Part shown: positions 18,790-28,206 of the stretch, one piece after another
Layout of the letters: each line of letters opens with the position of its first letter
Position numbering within the stretch: the first letter of the stretch is position 1
Source: Gammaproteobacteria bacterium
GTDB taxonomy: Bacteria > Pseudomonadota > Gammaproteobacteria > Eutrophobiales > Eutrophobiaceae
Length of the DNA stretch: 64,000 bases
Reading direction: 5' to 3'
Assembly: GCA_965215365.1 (NCBI GenBank)
Contig: CBDCDS010000003.1
Span: forward strand, 1,536,001-1,600,000
Translations under genes and position numbers: made by a program
Notes under the pieces: model-generated
What the model was told of the DNA's origin: nothing
What the model saw: the letters and a program-made list of their open reading frames with translations, nothing else
The model's database searches: none

Positions 18790-19971
18790 TCACTCATCCT
18801 TTTTCCCGCGAGTCAACTCCCCCAGAAGCGTAGTGAGACTGACGGATAAGACGCCGGGGCTGAGCGTGTTGCCGGCGTTGGTTTGTGGTGTATCGCTATG
18901 GACTAACAGGGCTCGGGTTTGATATCTGTTGATCACGCGCGCCAGCCGGGTCAGGGGTTGGGTCATAGAGGGTTTTGGTGTTTTTGTTGCCTTTGCTTCT
19001 ACCAGTAGTAATGCGCCGGCCTGCTGTGGTATGACGAAATCTACCTCCAGCCCTTGCTGGTCCCGGAAATAGTAGAGCTCTTTCCGTTTGCCTGTGTTTA
19101 CCTGGTGTTTGATAATTTCTGCGGCGACAAATCCTTCAAACAGGGCGCCGTGGAAGGGTGATTTACGGAGTATTGCCATGCTATCGATGCCAAGCAGGTG
19201 GCAAACCAAGCCAGAATCGGTGAAATATATTTTTGGAGATTTTATAAGACGTTTACCGAAATTCTCATAAAATGGCGGGAGAACGATGATCTGGTTGGTC
19301 ATTTCCAGCACATTCAGCCATGAGGAGACTGTAGGCACTGAAACACCCAGCGGCGCAGCCAGATCGGTCTTGTTCAATATGCTGCCGTGACGAAAGGCCA
19401 GCAATGACAGGAAACGCCGGAATGTACTCAGATCCCTGATCGCAGTGATGGCGCGCACATCGCGCTCGAGGTAGGTTTGTATATATGAGCGAAACCAGAG
19501 GTCCGCCCCCGCGGGTTTTTTGATAATGTCAGGGTAGCCGCCGCGCAACAGGCTGACTTTTTCGGTTTCGAGTACAGACAGGGGAAATAACTGCAACACC
19601 GCCACCCGGCCGGCCATGGATTCGGATACCCCCCGCATCAGTGGCGCCTCCTGTGAGCCGGTCAGCAACCACTGCCCTTGCCGTCCCGGCGCAGCATCGA
19701 TACGTGTGCGAATATATCCCAGCAATGCCGGGGTATTCTGTATTTCATCTAAGACTACCGGAGTTTGCAACTCATCAAGAAAACCGCGCGGATCGCTGTT
19801 GACCCGGGCGATAACATCCGGGTCCTCAAGCAAAACGTGATGTGCCTTGGGAAAGGTATGTTTCAACAAAGTGGTCTTCCCGCACTGTCTGGCTCCTGTT
19901 AGCAGGATTGCAGGAAAATTGCGGGCGGCTCTGCGCAGCTCTGAAACAGCGATACGGGGAATATAAGACAT
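18790..19971 (-). CDS. AAA_14 ATPase with DUF4143 domain
   Basis: GARQCGKTT, LDEIQ, LTGS, ESMAGR, GGYP, KSPKIYFTDSGL, EVDF...EAK. Confidence 0.9.
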   Translation of the reverse strand: MSYIPRIAVSELRRAARNFPAILLTGARQCGKTTLLKHTFPKAHHVLLEDPDVIARVNSDPRGFLDELQTPVVLDEIQNTPALLGYIRTRIDAAPGRQGQWLLTGSQEAPLMRGVSESMAGRVAVLQLFPLSVLETEKVSLLRGGYPDIIKKPAGADLWFRSYIQTYLERDVRAITAIRDLSTFRRFLSLLAFRHGSILNKTDLAAPLGVSVPTVSSWLNVLEMTNQIIVLPPFYENFGKRLIKSPKIYFTDSGLVCHLLGIDSMAILRKSPFHGALFEGFVAAEIIKHQVNTGKRKELYYFRDQQGLEVDFVIPQQAGALLLVEAKATKTPKPSMTQPLTRLARVINRYQTRALLVHSDTPQTNAGNTLSPGVLSVSLTTLLGELTRGKKDE

Positions 19972-20007
19972 TTGAGTATTCTAAACTAAAACTTTAGAAA
20001 ACTCAAA
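19971..20007. promoter_or_regulatory. 15-bp inverted repeat abutting the ATPase start codon (putative operator)
   Basis: TTTGAGTATTCTAAA-N7-TTTAGAAAACTCAAA, 14/15 complementary. Confidence 0.55.
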
Positions 20008-20021
20008 TATATTGCTTACAA

Positions 20022-20876
20022 CTATCCCCCCAAACTCAGCGCGATCCCGACAAAAATCACCAGTCCTACCCGGTTGTTGTTGCGAAATGCCTTAAAGCAA
20101 TCCGCCGGGTTGCGCGCGCGGAGCAGATATTGCTGGTACAGGAAGAACGCGGCAGCGCCTGCCAGGGCGAGGTGGTAGGGCAAACCCAGGCCGGTCTGGC
20201 GGCCAATGCTGTACAGGGCGGCGATGAACAGGGTTTGTACCACGCCGATGACGACGCGGTCGGCATCGTCCAGCAAGATGGCAGTGGATTTCAGGCCGAT
20301 TTTCAGGTCATCTTGCCGATCTACCATGGCGTATTGGGTGTCGTAGCTCAGCACCCAGAGTATATTCGCGGCAAAGATTAACCAGGCTAGGGGCGGCACG
20401 CTGCCGGTGGTGGCGGCGAAAGCCATGAGGATACCCCAACTGAAGGCAAAGCCGAGGAACAGCTGCGGCAGGTAAGTGTAACGTTTCATCAAGGGGTAGA
20501 TGAGCGCCAGACCGACCGCGCACACCGACAATAACACCGTGAGCAGGTTGGTGGTAAGCACCAGCCCGAAGGCACACAGGGTGAGCGCGGCAATAACACC
20601 GTAAGCCTCCGTTACGGAAACCCGGCCGGTAGTGAGCGGGCGCTCTTTGGTGCGTTCGACGTGCCGGTCAAACTCCCGGTCTGCCAGGTCGTTCACGACT
20701 ACCCCGGCCGAGCGGGTGAGAAATACCCCCAGCACAAACACCACCAGCAGGTGCAAGGTGGGCAGCCCGGCATGGGCGAGCCACAGCGCCCACAGCGTCG
20801 GCCATAACAGCAACAGCCAGCCAATGGGTTTGTCCAGCCGCATCAGCTGTGCGTAAAGGATGAGTTTTTCCCGCAT
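20022..20876 (-). CDS. ubiA: 4-hydroxybenzoate octaprenyltransferase
   Basis: LMRLDKPIG..LLLWP, NDLADREFD..V.RT..RP, YDTQYAMVDR.DD; start could be 20888. Confidence 0.95.
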   Translation of the reverse strand: MREKLILYAQLMRLDKPIGWLLLLWPTLWALWLAHAGLPTLHLLVVFVLGVFLTRSAGVVVNDLADREFDRHVERTKERPLTTGRVSVTEAYGVIAALTLCAFGLVLTTNLLTVLLSVCAVGLALIYPLMKRYTYLPQLFLGFAFSWGILMAFAATTGSVPPLAWLIFAANILWVLSYDTQYAMVDRQDDLKIGLKSTAILLDDADRVVIGVVQTLFIAALYSIGRQTGLGLPYHLALAGAAAFFLYQQYLLRARNPADCFKAFRNNNRVGLVIFVGIALSLGG

Positions 20877-20952
20877 CTGTGTGCCCATCAAATCAGCACC
20901 TGCAAGGCGCCGCGGTGGCCGCACCACTGCCGTCTTTGTCCCGACGCCCGTC

Positions 20953-23049
20953 TCAAACCTTGCCGAAGTCGATTTTTGTGTTCAACCATCTTGCTACCAG
21001 TGGGTTCACCACTTCCGGGCATTGTGACAGGATCACATCCGCAGCACGCTGTACGCGCGGCACCAGGTGGGCATCCCGCACGAAATCGGCGATATGCAAT
21101 TCCGGCACGCCGGTCTGTTTGGTCCCCAGTATTTCGCCGGGGCCGCGCAACTCCAGGTCGCTCTGGGCGATGGCGAACCCGTCATTGGTCTCGCGCATTC
21201 GGTTCAAGCGTACCCGGGCATTGTCAGACAAGGGCGTCTGGTAGAGCAGGACACAAGCGCTGGTCTGCGCGCCCCGGCCCACCCGGCCGCGTAACTGGTG
21301 CAGTTGCGACAACCCCAGGCGCTCGGCATTCTCGATGATCATCAGGCTGGCGTTGGCGACATCCACCCCTACCTCGATCACCGTGGTTGCCACTAACAGG
21401 TCGATCGTGCCGGCCTTGAAATCGGCCATTACTGTCTCCTTTTCAGCAGGTTTCATCCTGCCGTGGATGAGGCCGACCGTCAGGCCGGTGAGTTGTTCGG
21501 CCAGGTATTCCCGGACATCTTCAGCCGCCTGTAACTGCAAGACTTCGGAGTTTTCTATCAGAGTACATACCCAGTAGGCTTGCCGCCCTTGTTTGCAGAC
21601 CTCGTGGATGCGCTTGATCACAGCTTCCCGGCGGGCATTGGAAATGACCGTGGTCTTGACCGGTTGGCGCCCCGGCGGCAGCTGGTCGATAGTTGAAATA
21701 TCTAGGTCGGCAAACAGGGTCATGGCCAGGGTTCTCGGAATAGGCGTCGCGGTCATGATCAGCTGGTGCGCCTGCCGGTTTTCGTTACCGCCTTTTTCCA
21801 GCAGGGCCAGCCGCTGATCGACGCCAAAACGGTGTTGTTCGTCGATGATGACCAGGCCGATATTGCCGAAGGCGACCTGTTCCTGGAACAATGCGTGGGT
21901 GCCGACCGCAACCATGGGTTGCGCTGAATCCAGTTGCGCCAGCGCAGCTTGCCGCGTGCGGCGTGGCTGCTTCCCGGTCAGCAGCGTCACCGGGATGTCG
22001 ATGGGGGAGAACCATTGCCTGATAGTGTGGTAATGCTGGTCAGCCAGCAGTTCCGTAGGCGCCATCAGCGCAACCTGATAGCCGGAGTTAATCACCAGCA
22101 AGGCCGCACAGGCGGCGACTACGGTTTTGCCGGAACCTACGTCGCCTTGCAGCAGGCGCAGCATCGGCGCCGGCTGCAACATGTCTGCGCGTAGCTCTTC
22201 CAGCACCCGTTGCTGGGCGCGGGTCAGGGTAAACGGCAATTGCTCCAGGAACGCACCGAGCCGGCCCTGAGTGCTGTTGTCGATCGCGAACGAGGCCTGC
22301 GCCTGCGCGGCGGCCCTGAGCTGGCGCAGACTCAAGTGCTGTGCCAGCAGTTCCTCAAAGGCCAGGCGTTGCTGCGCCGGGTGCGCGCCCTGTTCCAGGC
22401 TGGCCAGGTCCGCATCCGCCGGCGGTCGATGCACATAGCGCAAGGCCTGTTCCAGCTTGAGTAGGGAGTGTTGTTGCAGGAGCCGCTCCGGTAGCAATTC
22501 ACTCAGGCCGGTTGCATCCGCGCTCAGGGTCGTCAGCGCCTGTCCGGTGAGGTCGCGCAGCTTGAACTGCGATAACCCCTGGGTCAGCGGGTACACCGGC
22601 GTGAGGGTCTGTTCCAGGGCGGTCTCGGCGCCTGTTTCAACCCGCCAGTATTCCGGATGAATCATCTCCAGAGTGTGATTGACGCGCCTGAGCTGCTGGC
22701 TCCAGCAGCGTAGGGTCATGCCCTGTTGCAGCCCCAGCTGTTGCGCTCGGGTAAAATGGAAAAACCTCAGGGTCAGCGCGCCGCTGCCGTCGCTGATGCG
22801 GCAGAGCAGGGTGCGGCGGCGCCCGGTCGAAGCCTGTACCAGTTCCACCGTACCCTGGCACAGGGCGCTGTCACCCGGTCGCAGGCTGCCGATGGGAACC
22901 AGTCGGGTGCGGTCGATATAGCGCTTGGGCAGGTGGAACAGCAGGTCGCGCACTTGCCGAATCCCCAGGTTCTGCAAGCGCTCCTCCAGCCGCGGACCAA
23001 CGCCCCGCAAGGCTCCGACAGCAGTTTCGAGGGTGACAGGCCCAGCCAC
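20953..23049 (-). CDS. recG: ATP-dependent DNA helicase RecG
   Basis: QGDVGSGKT, DEQHRFG, MTATPIPRTL, QLHQLRGRVGRG. Confidence 0.97.
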   Translation of the reverse strand: MAGPVTLETAVGALRGVGPRLEERLQNLGIRQVRDLLFHLPKRYIDRTRLVPIGSLRPGDSALCQGTVELVQASTGRRRTLLCRISDGSGALTLRFFHFTRAQQLGLQQGMTLRCWSQQLRRVNHTLEMIHPEYWRVETGAETALEQTLTPVYPLTQGLSQFKLRDLTGQALTTLSADATGLSELLPERLLQQHSLLKLEQALRYVHRPPADADLASLEQGAHPAQQRLAFEELLAQHLSLRQLRAAAQAQASFAIDNSTQGRLGAFLEQLPFTLTRAQQRVLEELRADMLQPAPMLRLLQGDVGSGKTVVAACAALLVINSGYQVALMAPTELLADQHYHTIRQWFSPIDIPVTLLTGKQPRRTRQAALAQLDSAQPMVAVGTHALFQEQVAFGNIGLVIIDEQHRFGVDQRLALLEKGGNENRQAHQLIMTATPIPRTLAMTLFADLDISTIDQLPPGRQPVKTTVISNARREAVIKRIHEVCKQGRQAYWVCTLIENSEVLQLQAAEDVREYLAEQLTGLTVGLIHGRMKPAEKETVMADFKAGTIDLLVATTVIEVGVDVANASLMIIENAERLGLSQLHQLRGRVGRGAQTSACVLLYQTPLSDNARVRLNRMRETNDGFAIAQSDLELRGPGEILGTKQTGVPELHIADFVRDAHLVPRVQRAADVILSQCPEVVNPLVARWLNTKIDFGKV

Positions 23050-23059
23050 GGGTCAGGGC

Positions 23060-25171
23060 TCAGCGCCGGCTGATCCGGGAGACATGGCGGATGTTCCTGA
23101 CACGGCGGATGATATTGGCCAGGTGCACCCGGTTGGTGACTTCCACAATGAACTTTAAGGTGGTGTAGCGATCGTCCTTGTCGTGCATTTCCACGCTGAT
23201 GATGTTGGCGTCGCGCGCGGCGATTTCCGTGGCTATCCTGGCCAGCACACCGCGCTGATTGGTCACCTCCACCCGGATATTGGTCGGAAAGCTGCCTTCG
23301 GTCTGATCCTCCCAGGCCACATCCAGCCACTTGTCCGGGTGGTTCCTGAAGTCGGTGACGTTGGGGCAGGTCTGGTGGTGCACGACGATGCCGCGCCCGG
23401 TGGTGACAAACCCCAGGATCGGGTCGCCGGGAATAGGGCGGCAGCACTTGGGAAAGTTCACCACCATACCTTCGGTTCCCTTGATACTCAGCGGCGTATT
23501 ATTTTTTCCGGCACGTCGGCGCGCCGGCATCGGCTGCTCTGTCAGTTGCGTTGCAACCAGAGCTGCGATGCGGTTGCCCAGCCCTATTTCCTGGAGCAGC
23601 TCAGCGCGGCTGTCCAGCTTGAACTCTTTCAGCAGTTTGTTCCAGCGCGCCGGCTGAAGCTCGTCATAACCGGCGCCGTAGGTCTTGAGCTCCCGCACCA
23701 GCAAGCGCTTGCCAAGTGCGCTCGCCTCGCTTTTACGGAGGTTCTTCAGATAGTGCCTGATGTTGGCCCGGGCTTTCGCAGTCACGGCGAAACTCAACCA
23801 TGCCGGGTCCGGTTTGGCCCCAGGCGCGGTAATGACCTCAATGGTCTGGCCGGTGACCAGATGGGTGCTGAGCGGCGCCAGCCGCCGGTCGATCCGCACG
23901 CCTACACAACTGTTGCCGACATCGGTATGAATGGCGTAGGCGAAGTCCACCGCGGTGGCCCCTTTTTGCAGTTCGAAGATGTCCCCCTTGGGCGTGAAGG
24001 CATAGATGGATTCCGGGAACAAATCGATCTTGACATGGTCCAGGAAGTCCTGGGGGTTGCCGGCGGTCGTTTGCATTTCCATGATATGCTGCAACCACTC
24101 GCGCGCGCGTTTGTGCGCGCCGGTGCGGTCTGACGCTGAGCCTGATTTATACAGCCAGTGGGCCGCGATGCCGGCCTCGGCCACATCGTCCATATCCGCA
24201 GTTCTGATCTGCACCTCCAGAGGCACGCCGTAAGGGCCGAACAGGACGGTATGCAAAGACTGGTAGCCATTTGATTTGGGTATGGCTACGTAATCCTTGA
24301 ATTTGCCGGGCACAGGCCGGTACAGGTTGTGCATGGTGCCGACTACGCGGTAGCAGGTATCCACTTGGTCGACGATGATGCGAAACGCGTACACGTCATA
24401 AACTTCGCTGAAAGACAGGTCTTTTTCCAGCATTTTCCGATAAATACCGTACAGGTGTTTTTCCCTGCCGGTGACCTTGGCCGGTATTTTTTCCTGTCGC
24501 AGGCGGCGCTTGATGGAGTTACGGAGCTTGTCGATGAGCTCCTTGCGGTGTCCCCTGGCCTTGATGATCTGCTCGTTCAGGATACGGTGGCGCATGGGAT
24601 AGAGCGTGGCAAAGCCCAGTTCCTCGAGTTCCAGACGGATGCTGTTGATACCCAGACGTTGGGCGATGGGCGCGTAGATTTCCAGGGTTTCCCGGGCAAT
24701 GCGACGGCGTTTCACCGGCGCCAGCGCGCCCAGGGTGCGCATGTTATGCAGACGGTCGGCCAGTTTCACCAGGATCACGCGAATATCGTTGCTCATGGCC
24801 ATCAGCATCTTGCGGAAGCTGTGCGCCTGGGCCTCTGCGCGCGAAGCAAATTCAACCTGGTCCAGTTTGCTGACACCGTCCACCAGTTCCGCAACGCCTT
24901 TACCGAAGCGTCGGACTATCTCCTTCTTGTCGGTCGCGGTGTCTTCGATGACATCATGCAGGATGGCGGCGGACAGGGTCTGGTAGTCCATGTGCATGTC
25001 ACCAAGGATGCCGGCGACTTCCAGCGGGTGGTTGATATAGGGTTCGCCGCTTTTGCGCAGTTGTCCCTGGTGTGCGGCGGCACTGAACTCATAAGCGCAC
25101 CGCACCTTTTCAACCTCCTGGCAGGAGAGGTAGCTGCCTATCCGTTTTTCAAGCTCGGTAATAGTGGTCAT
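23060..25171 (-). CDS. spoT: Bifunctional (p)ppGpp synthetase/hydrolase
   Basis: Intact HD domain (LHDVIED), KLADRLHNMRTL, NGYQSLHT, TGS and ACT domains; gmk-rpoZ-spoT synteny. Confidence 0.96.
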   Translation of the reverse strand: MTTITELEKRIGSYLSCQEVEKVRCAYEFSAAAHQGQLRKSGEPYINHPLEVAGILGDMHMDYQTLSAAILHDVIEDTATDKKEIVRRFGKGVAELVDGVSKLDQVEFASRAEAQAHSFRKMLMAMSNDIRVILVKLADRLHNMRTLGALAPVKRRRIARETLEIYAPIAQRLGINSIRLELEELGFATLYPMRHRILNEQIIKARGHRKELIDKLRNSIKRRLRQEKIPAKVTGREKHLYGIYRKMLEKDLSFSEVYDVYAFRIIVDQVDTCYRVVGTMHNLYRPVPGKFKDYVAIPKSNGYQSLHTVLFGPYGVPLEVQIRTADMDDVAEAGIAAHWLYKSGSASDRTGAHKRAREWLQHIMEMQTTAGNPQDFLDHVKIDLFPESIYAFTPKGDIFELQKGATAVDFAYAIHTDVGNSCVGVRIDRRLAPLSTHLVTGQTIEVITAPGAKPDPAWLSFAVTAKARANIRHYLKNLRKSEASALGKRLLVRELKTYGAGYDELQPARWNKLLKEFKLDSRAELLQEIGLGNRIAALVATQLTEQPMPARRRAGKNNTPLSIKGTEGMVVNFPKCCRPIPGDPILGFVTTGRGIVVHHQTCPNVTDFRNHPDKWLDVAWEDQTEGSFPTNIRVEVTNQRGVLARIATEIAARDANIISVEMHDKDDRYTTLKFIVEVTNRVHLANIIRRVRNIRHVSRISRR

Positions 25172-25285
25172 GTACCCGCACCACCGGGAAAATGGGTTAA
25201 AAGCCCACGCAGAATCGCCGCCGGCATCGGCAACTGCAGCACCAGTGGTGATGTTACCCTGATACTACCCAACTACCGCAGGTTG

Positions 25286-25570
25286 TCAGAACACGTCCTC
25301 GTCCGGCTGTTCCTGCAAGTCCAGCGGCTGAAACTCTATCTCTTCGAGCTCGGGATCGAAGCTGGGCTTGCCCAGCTCATCGATATTCTCGTGGGTGACG
25401 ACGCCCTCTGCAATTTCGCGCAACGCCATCACCGTGGGCTTGTCTGACTGATCCTCGATCAACGGATCGCTGCCCCTGAGCAACTGGCGGGTGCGTTTGC
25501 TGGCCAGTAATATCAGGTCGTAACGGTTGTCAATGTTTTCCAGACAGTCTTCTACGGTTAATCTTGCCAT
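25286..25570 (-). CDS. rpoZ: RNA polymerase omega subunit
   Basis: [15 protein letters not shown]...[14 protein letters not shown]. Confidence 0.96.
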   Translation of the reverse strand: MARLTVEDCLENIDNRYDLILLASKRTRQLLRGSDPLIEDQSDKPTVMALREIAEGVVTHENIDELGKPSFDPELEEIEFQPLDLQEQPDEDVF

Positions 25571-25621
25571 GTGGGTTCCTGTATAGGTTGAACGTTCCGA
25601 CCACACAAGTGTAACGTTTGT

Positions 25622-26254
25622 TCAACTCTGTTGCAATATCTCCCGTAGCAATTTCTGGTACCGGCCTCGTTGACGGCGGTAATTATGGCGGGTGGCGATG
25701 ATGATCGCAGCGAGTTGTTCCAGGGCCTGGTCAAACTCGTCATTGACGACCAGGTAGTCGTACTCGTCATAATGTTCAATGTCGTTCACGGCCTCGCGCA
25801 GGCGCCGACGCATACTGTCTGCATCATCGCCGCGCTTGGCCAGACGTTGCTCCAGCGCGTCCAGGGACGGCGGCAGGATAAAGATGCTGACGGTATCGTC
25901 CAGCCTCGCTCTGACCTGTTGCGCACCCTGCCAGTCTATTTCTAGGATCACGTCCTGGCCTTGGGCGAGTTGCCGCTCCACCCAGACGCGCGAAGTGGCA
26001 TAACTGTGCTCGAACACGGTGGCGTGTTCGAGGAACCGGTTCTGCTCCAGCAGCGCATTAAATTCCTCTTCGCTGACAAAATAGTAGTCCACTTCATGCC
26101 GCTCGTGAGGGCGCGGGGCGCGCGTGGTATGGGAGACGGACACCAGCAGCTCGGGCAGGGTAACCACCAGCCTGCGTACCAGCGAGGTCTTCCCGGCACC
26201 GGAAGGCGCGGCGATGATAAACAGGGCACCGGTACGTGTAGCGGACTCTGACAT
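25622..26254 (-). CDS. gmk: Guanylate kinase
   Basis: APSGAGKTS, VSHTTR.PR, LEIDWQGA, FILPPS. Confidence 0.96.
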   Translation of the reverse strand: MSESATRTGALFIIAAPSGAGKTSLVRRLVVTLPELLVSVSHTTRAPRPHERHEVDYYFVSEEEFNALLEQNRFLEHATVFEHSYATSRVWVERQLAQGQDVILEIDWQGAQQVRARLDDTVSIFILPPSLDALEQRLAKRGDDADSMRRRLREAVNDIEHYDEYDYLVVNDEFDQALEQLAAIIIATRHNYRRQRGRYQKLLREILQQS

Positions 26255-26350
26255 GGAAGCAGTATAACCTACCCGCACGATAATTTTGCCCGAAATTCTG
26301 CCCGAAATTCTGCTGGTAACCCGGCTGGCACTCAGGGCAACTTCTTTTCA

Positions 26351-26379
26351 TTGACATCTGTTCCAACGACGAGTAGTAT
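26351..26379 (+). promoter_or_regulatory. Sigma70 promoter for the 26419 gene
   Basis: TTGACA-17 bp-TAGTAT; GAGGA SD before ATG 26419. Confidence 0.6.
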
Positions 26380-26418
26380 AGCCTCCTGACCTGCACTTAA
26401 AGCACTGAGGAAACCACC

Positions 26419-26757
26419 ATGGCCCCTGTTATCCATGCCCTGCTGACCCAATCGCCGCTGCTGCTGGCTATCGTTGTCTTGTACCTTCTGAATCGTAAGG
26501 ACATCAAGCTCATCGAACAAAAAATCGACGGCATCAACACTCGCTTTGATGATATCAACGCCCGTTTTCATGATTTGAAAGAAAGCATCAACAAACGCTT
26601 CGATGGCGTCAACAAGCGTATCGATGACGTCAACAAGCGTATCGATGATCAGAAAGATGACATCAAAGCGCTGAGCCAAAAAGTGGATACTCTATCGGGT
26701 CAGGTGCATCGGATTGAAGGGCATTTGGGTTTGCCTGGTGTCGGTGCGGGGGCTTGA
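26419..26757 (+). CDS. Small N-terminally anchored coiled-coil protein with heptad repeats (VNKRIDD type)
   Basis: Hydrophobic N-terminal helix, [IV]N.R[FI]DD heptads, RIEG C-terminal motif. Confidence 0.75.
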   Translation: MAPVIHALLTQSPLLLAIVVLYLLNRKDIKLIEQKIDGINTRFDDINARFHDLKESINKRFDGVNKRIDDVNKRIDDQKDDIKALSQKVDTLSGQVHRIEGHLGLPGVGAGA

Positions 26758-26835
26758 AACAGCAGGCAACGCTTGCTTCTTAAAAATGAAAAGAAAAACC
26801 AAAAACCGCAGAGTTCTCTGTGCTATACTGGTGCC

Positions 26836-27363
26836 ATGGAACCTCACGTTCAAATTCTGACTGCAATCATTGGCGTCGGTATCGCCTTGGCCGGGCTGAT
26901 CCTGAGATTAGCCACGCGTATCGACGGGCGTATCGACGGGCTGAGTGAAAAGATTGACAAGACGCGTGCCGAGCTGATCGAGAAGATTGACAAATCGGTT
27001 GCCGCGCTGAACGAAAGGATTGACAAGACACGTGCCGAGCTGAACGAAAGGATTGACAAGACTAATGAAAAAATTGACAAGACACGTGCCGCGCTGAGCG
27101 AAAAAATTGACAAGACGCGTGCCGAGCTGATCGAAAAGATAGACAAGTCAGTTGCCGCGCTGAGCGAAAAAATTGACAAGACCAATGAGCGGGTTGACAA
27201 GACCAATGGCCGGCTGGGGCGGGTCGAACAAGGTCTGGCGGCGCTCAAGGCCACGGTGGAGACTTTCTTCCGGGTGCGCGTCGACCCGTTGGTTCCCCCG
27301 CCGGATTCTTCCACGGATTCCTCGCCCCCGGTTGAGCAGCGCCGGACCGGCACGGATGGTTAA
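26836..27363 (+). CDS. Membrane-anchored KID-repeat coiled-coil protein, copy 1
   Basis: MEPHVQILTAIIGVGIALAGLIL TM helix, 11- and 7-residue EKIDK repeats, Pro-rich tail. Confidence 0.8.
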   Translation: MEPHVQILTAIIGVGIALAGLILRLATRIDGRIDGLSEKIDKTRAELIEKIDKSVAALNERIDKTRAELNERIDKTNEKIDKTRAALSEKIDKTRAELIEKIDKSVAALSEKIDKTNERVDKTNGRLGRVEQGLAALKATVETFFRVRVDPLVPPPDSSTDSSPPVEQRRTGTDG

Positions 27364-27441
27364 AACAGCAGGCAACCCCTGCTTCTTAAAAGTGAAGAGA
27401 AAAACCAAAAACCGCAGAGTTCTCTGTGCTATACTGGTGCC

Positions 27442-27981
27442 ATGGAACCTCACGTTCAAATTCTGACTGCAATCATTGGCGTCGGTATCGCCTTGGCCGG
27501 GCTGATCCTGAGATTAGCCACGCGTATCGACGGGCGTATCGACGGGCTGAGTGAAAAGATTGACAAATCAGTTGCCGCGCTGATCGATAAGATTGACAAG
27601 ACACGTGCCGAGCTGAACGAAAGGATTGACAAGACACGTGCCGAGCTGATCGAGAAGATTGACAAATCGGTTGCCGCGCTGAACGAAAGGATTGACAAGA
27701 CTAATGAAAAAATTGACAAGACACGTGCTGAGCTGAACGAAAAAATTGACAAGACACGTGCCGAGCTGAACGAAAAGATAGACAAGACGCGTGCCGCGCT
27801 GAGCGAAAAAATTGACAAGACCAATGGCCGGCTGGGGCGGGTCGAACAAGGTCTGGCGGCGCTCAAGGCCACGGTGGAGACTTTCTTCCGGGTACGCGTC
27901 GACCCGTTGGTTCCCCCGCCGGATTCTTCCACGGATTCCTCGCCCCCGGTTGAGCAGTGCCGGACCGGCACGGATGGTTAA
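27442..27981 (+). CDS. Membrane-anchored KID-repeat coiled-coil protein, copy 2
   Basis: Paralog of 26836-27363 with re-ordered repeat modules. Confidence 0.8.
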   Translation: MEPHVQILTAIIGVGIALAGLILRLATRIDGRIDGLSEKIDKSVAALIDKIDKTRAELNERIDKTRAELIEKIDKSVAALNERIDKTNEKIDKTRAELNEKIDKTRAELNEKIDKTRAALSEKIDKTNGRLGRVEQGLAALKATVETFFRVRVDPLVPPPDSSTDSSPPVEQCRTGTDG

Positions 27982-28031
27982 AACAGCATTATTATCTCAC
28001 TGAAAAAACTACAAAAAAAGCCAAAAACTAC

Positions 28032-28060
28032 TTGACAATCTTGAGGGGGAATGCCATAAT
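28032..28060 (+). promoter_or_regulatory. Near-consensus sigma70 promoter upstream of the giant adhesin
   Basis: TTGACA-17 bp-CATAAT with extended TG and A-rich upstream element. Confidence 0.75.
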
Positions 28061-28062
28061 GA

Positions 28063-28206
28063 ACAGCCGCACAGCCGCACAGCCGCACAGCCGCACAGCC
28101 GCACAGCCGCACAGCCGCACAGCCGCACAGCCGCACAGCCGCACAGCCGCACAGCCGCACAGCCGCACAGCCGCACAGCCGCACAGCCGCACAGCCGCAC
28201 AGCCGC
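28063..28206 (+). repeat. Simple sequence repeat (ACAGCCGC)18
   Basis: 144 bp, 18 perfect 8-mers, ending directly before ATG 28207. Confidence 0.98.

Larger units (their letters stand above)
26755..27988 (+). repeat. Tandem duplication of a ~610-bp promoter+gene unit
   Basis: Units begin at T(G/A)AAACAGCA (26755, 27361; partial third at 27979); non-repeat flanks nearly identical. Confidence 0.9.

Noticed and set aside
26283-26313. 12-bp tandem repeat TGCCCGAAATTC (~2.5 copies) upstream of gmk
   Set aside because: Short and low copy; no supportable function.
26940-27830. Regularly spaced ATTGACAA motifs resembling a CRISPR array or multiple -35 boxes
   Set aside because: Spacing is 21/33 bp and in frame, the intervening sequences are themselves repeated, and there are no cas genes; the motif is simply the codons for I-D-K.
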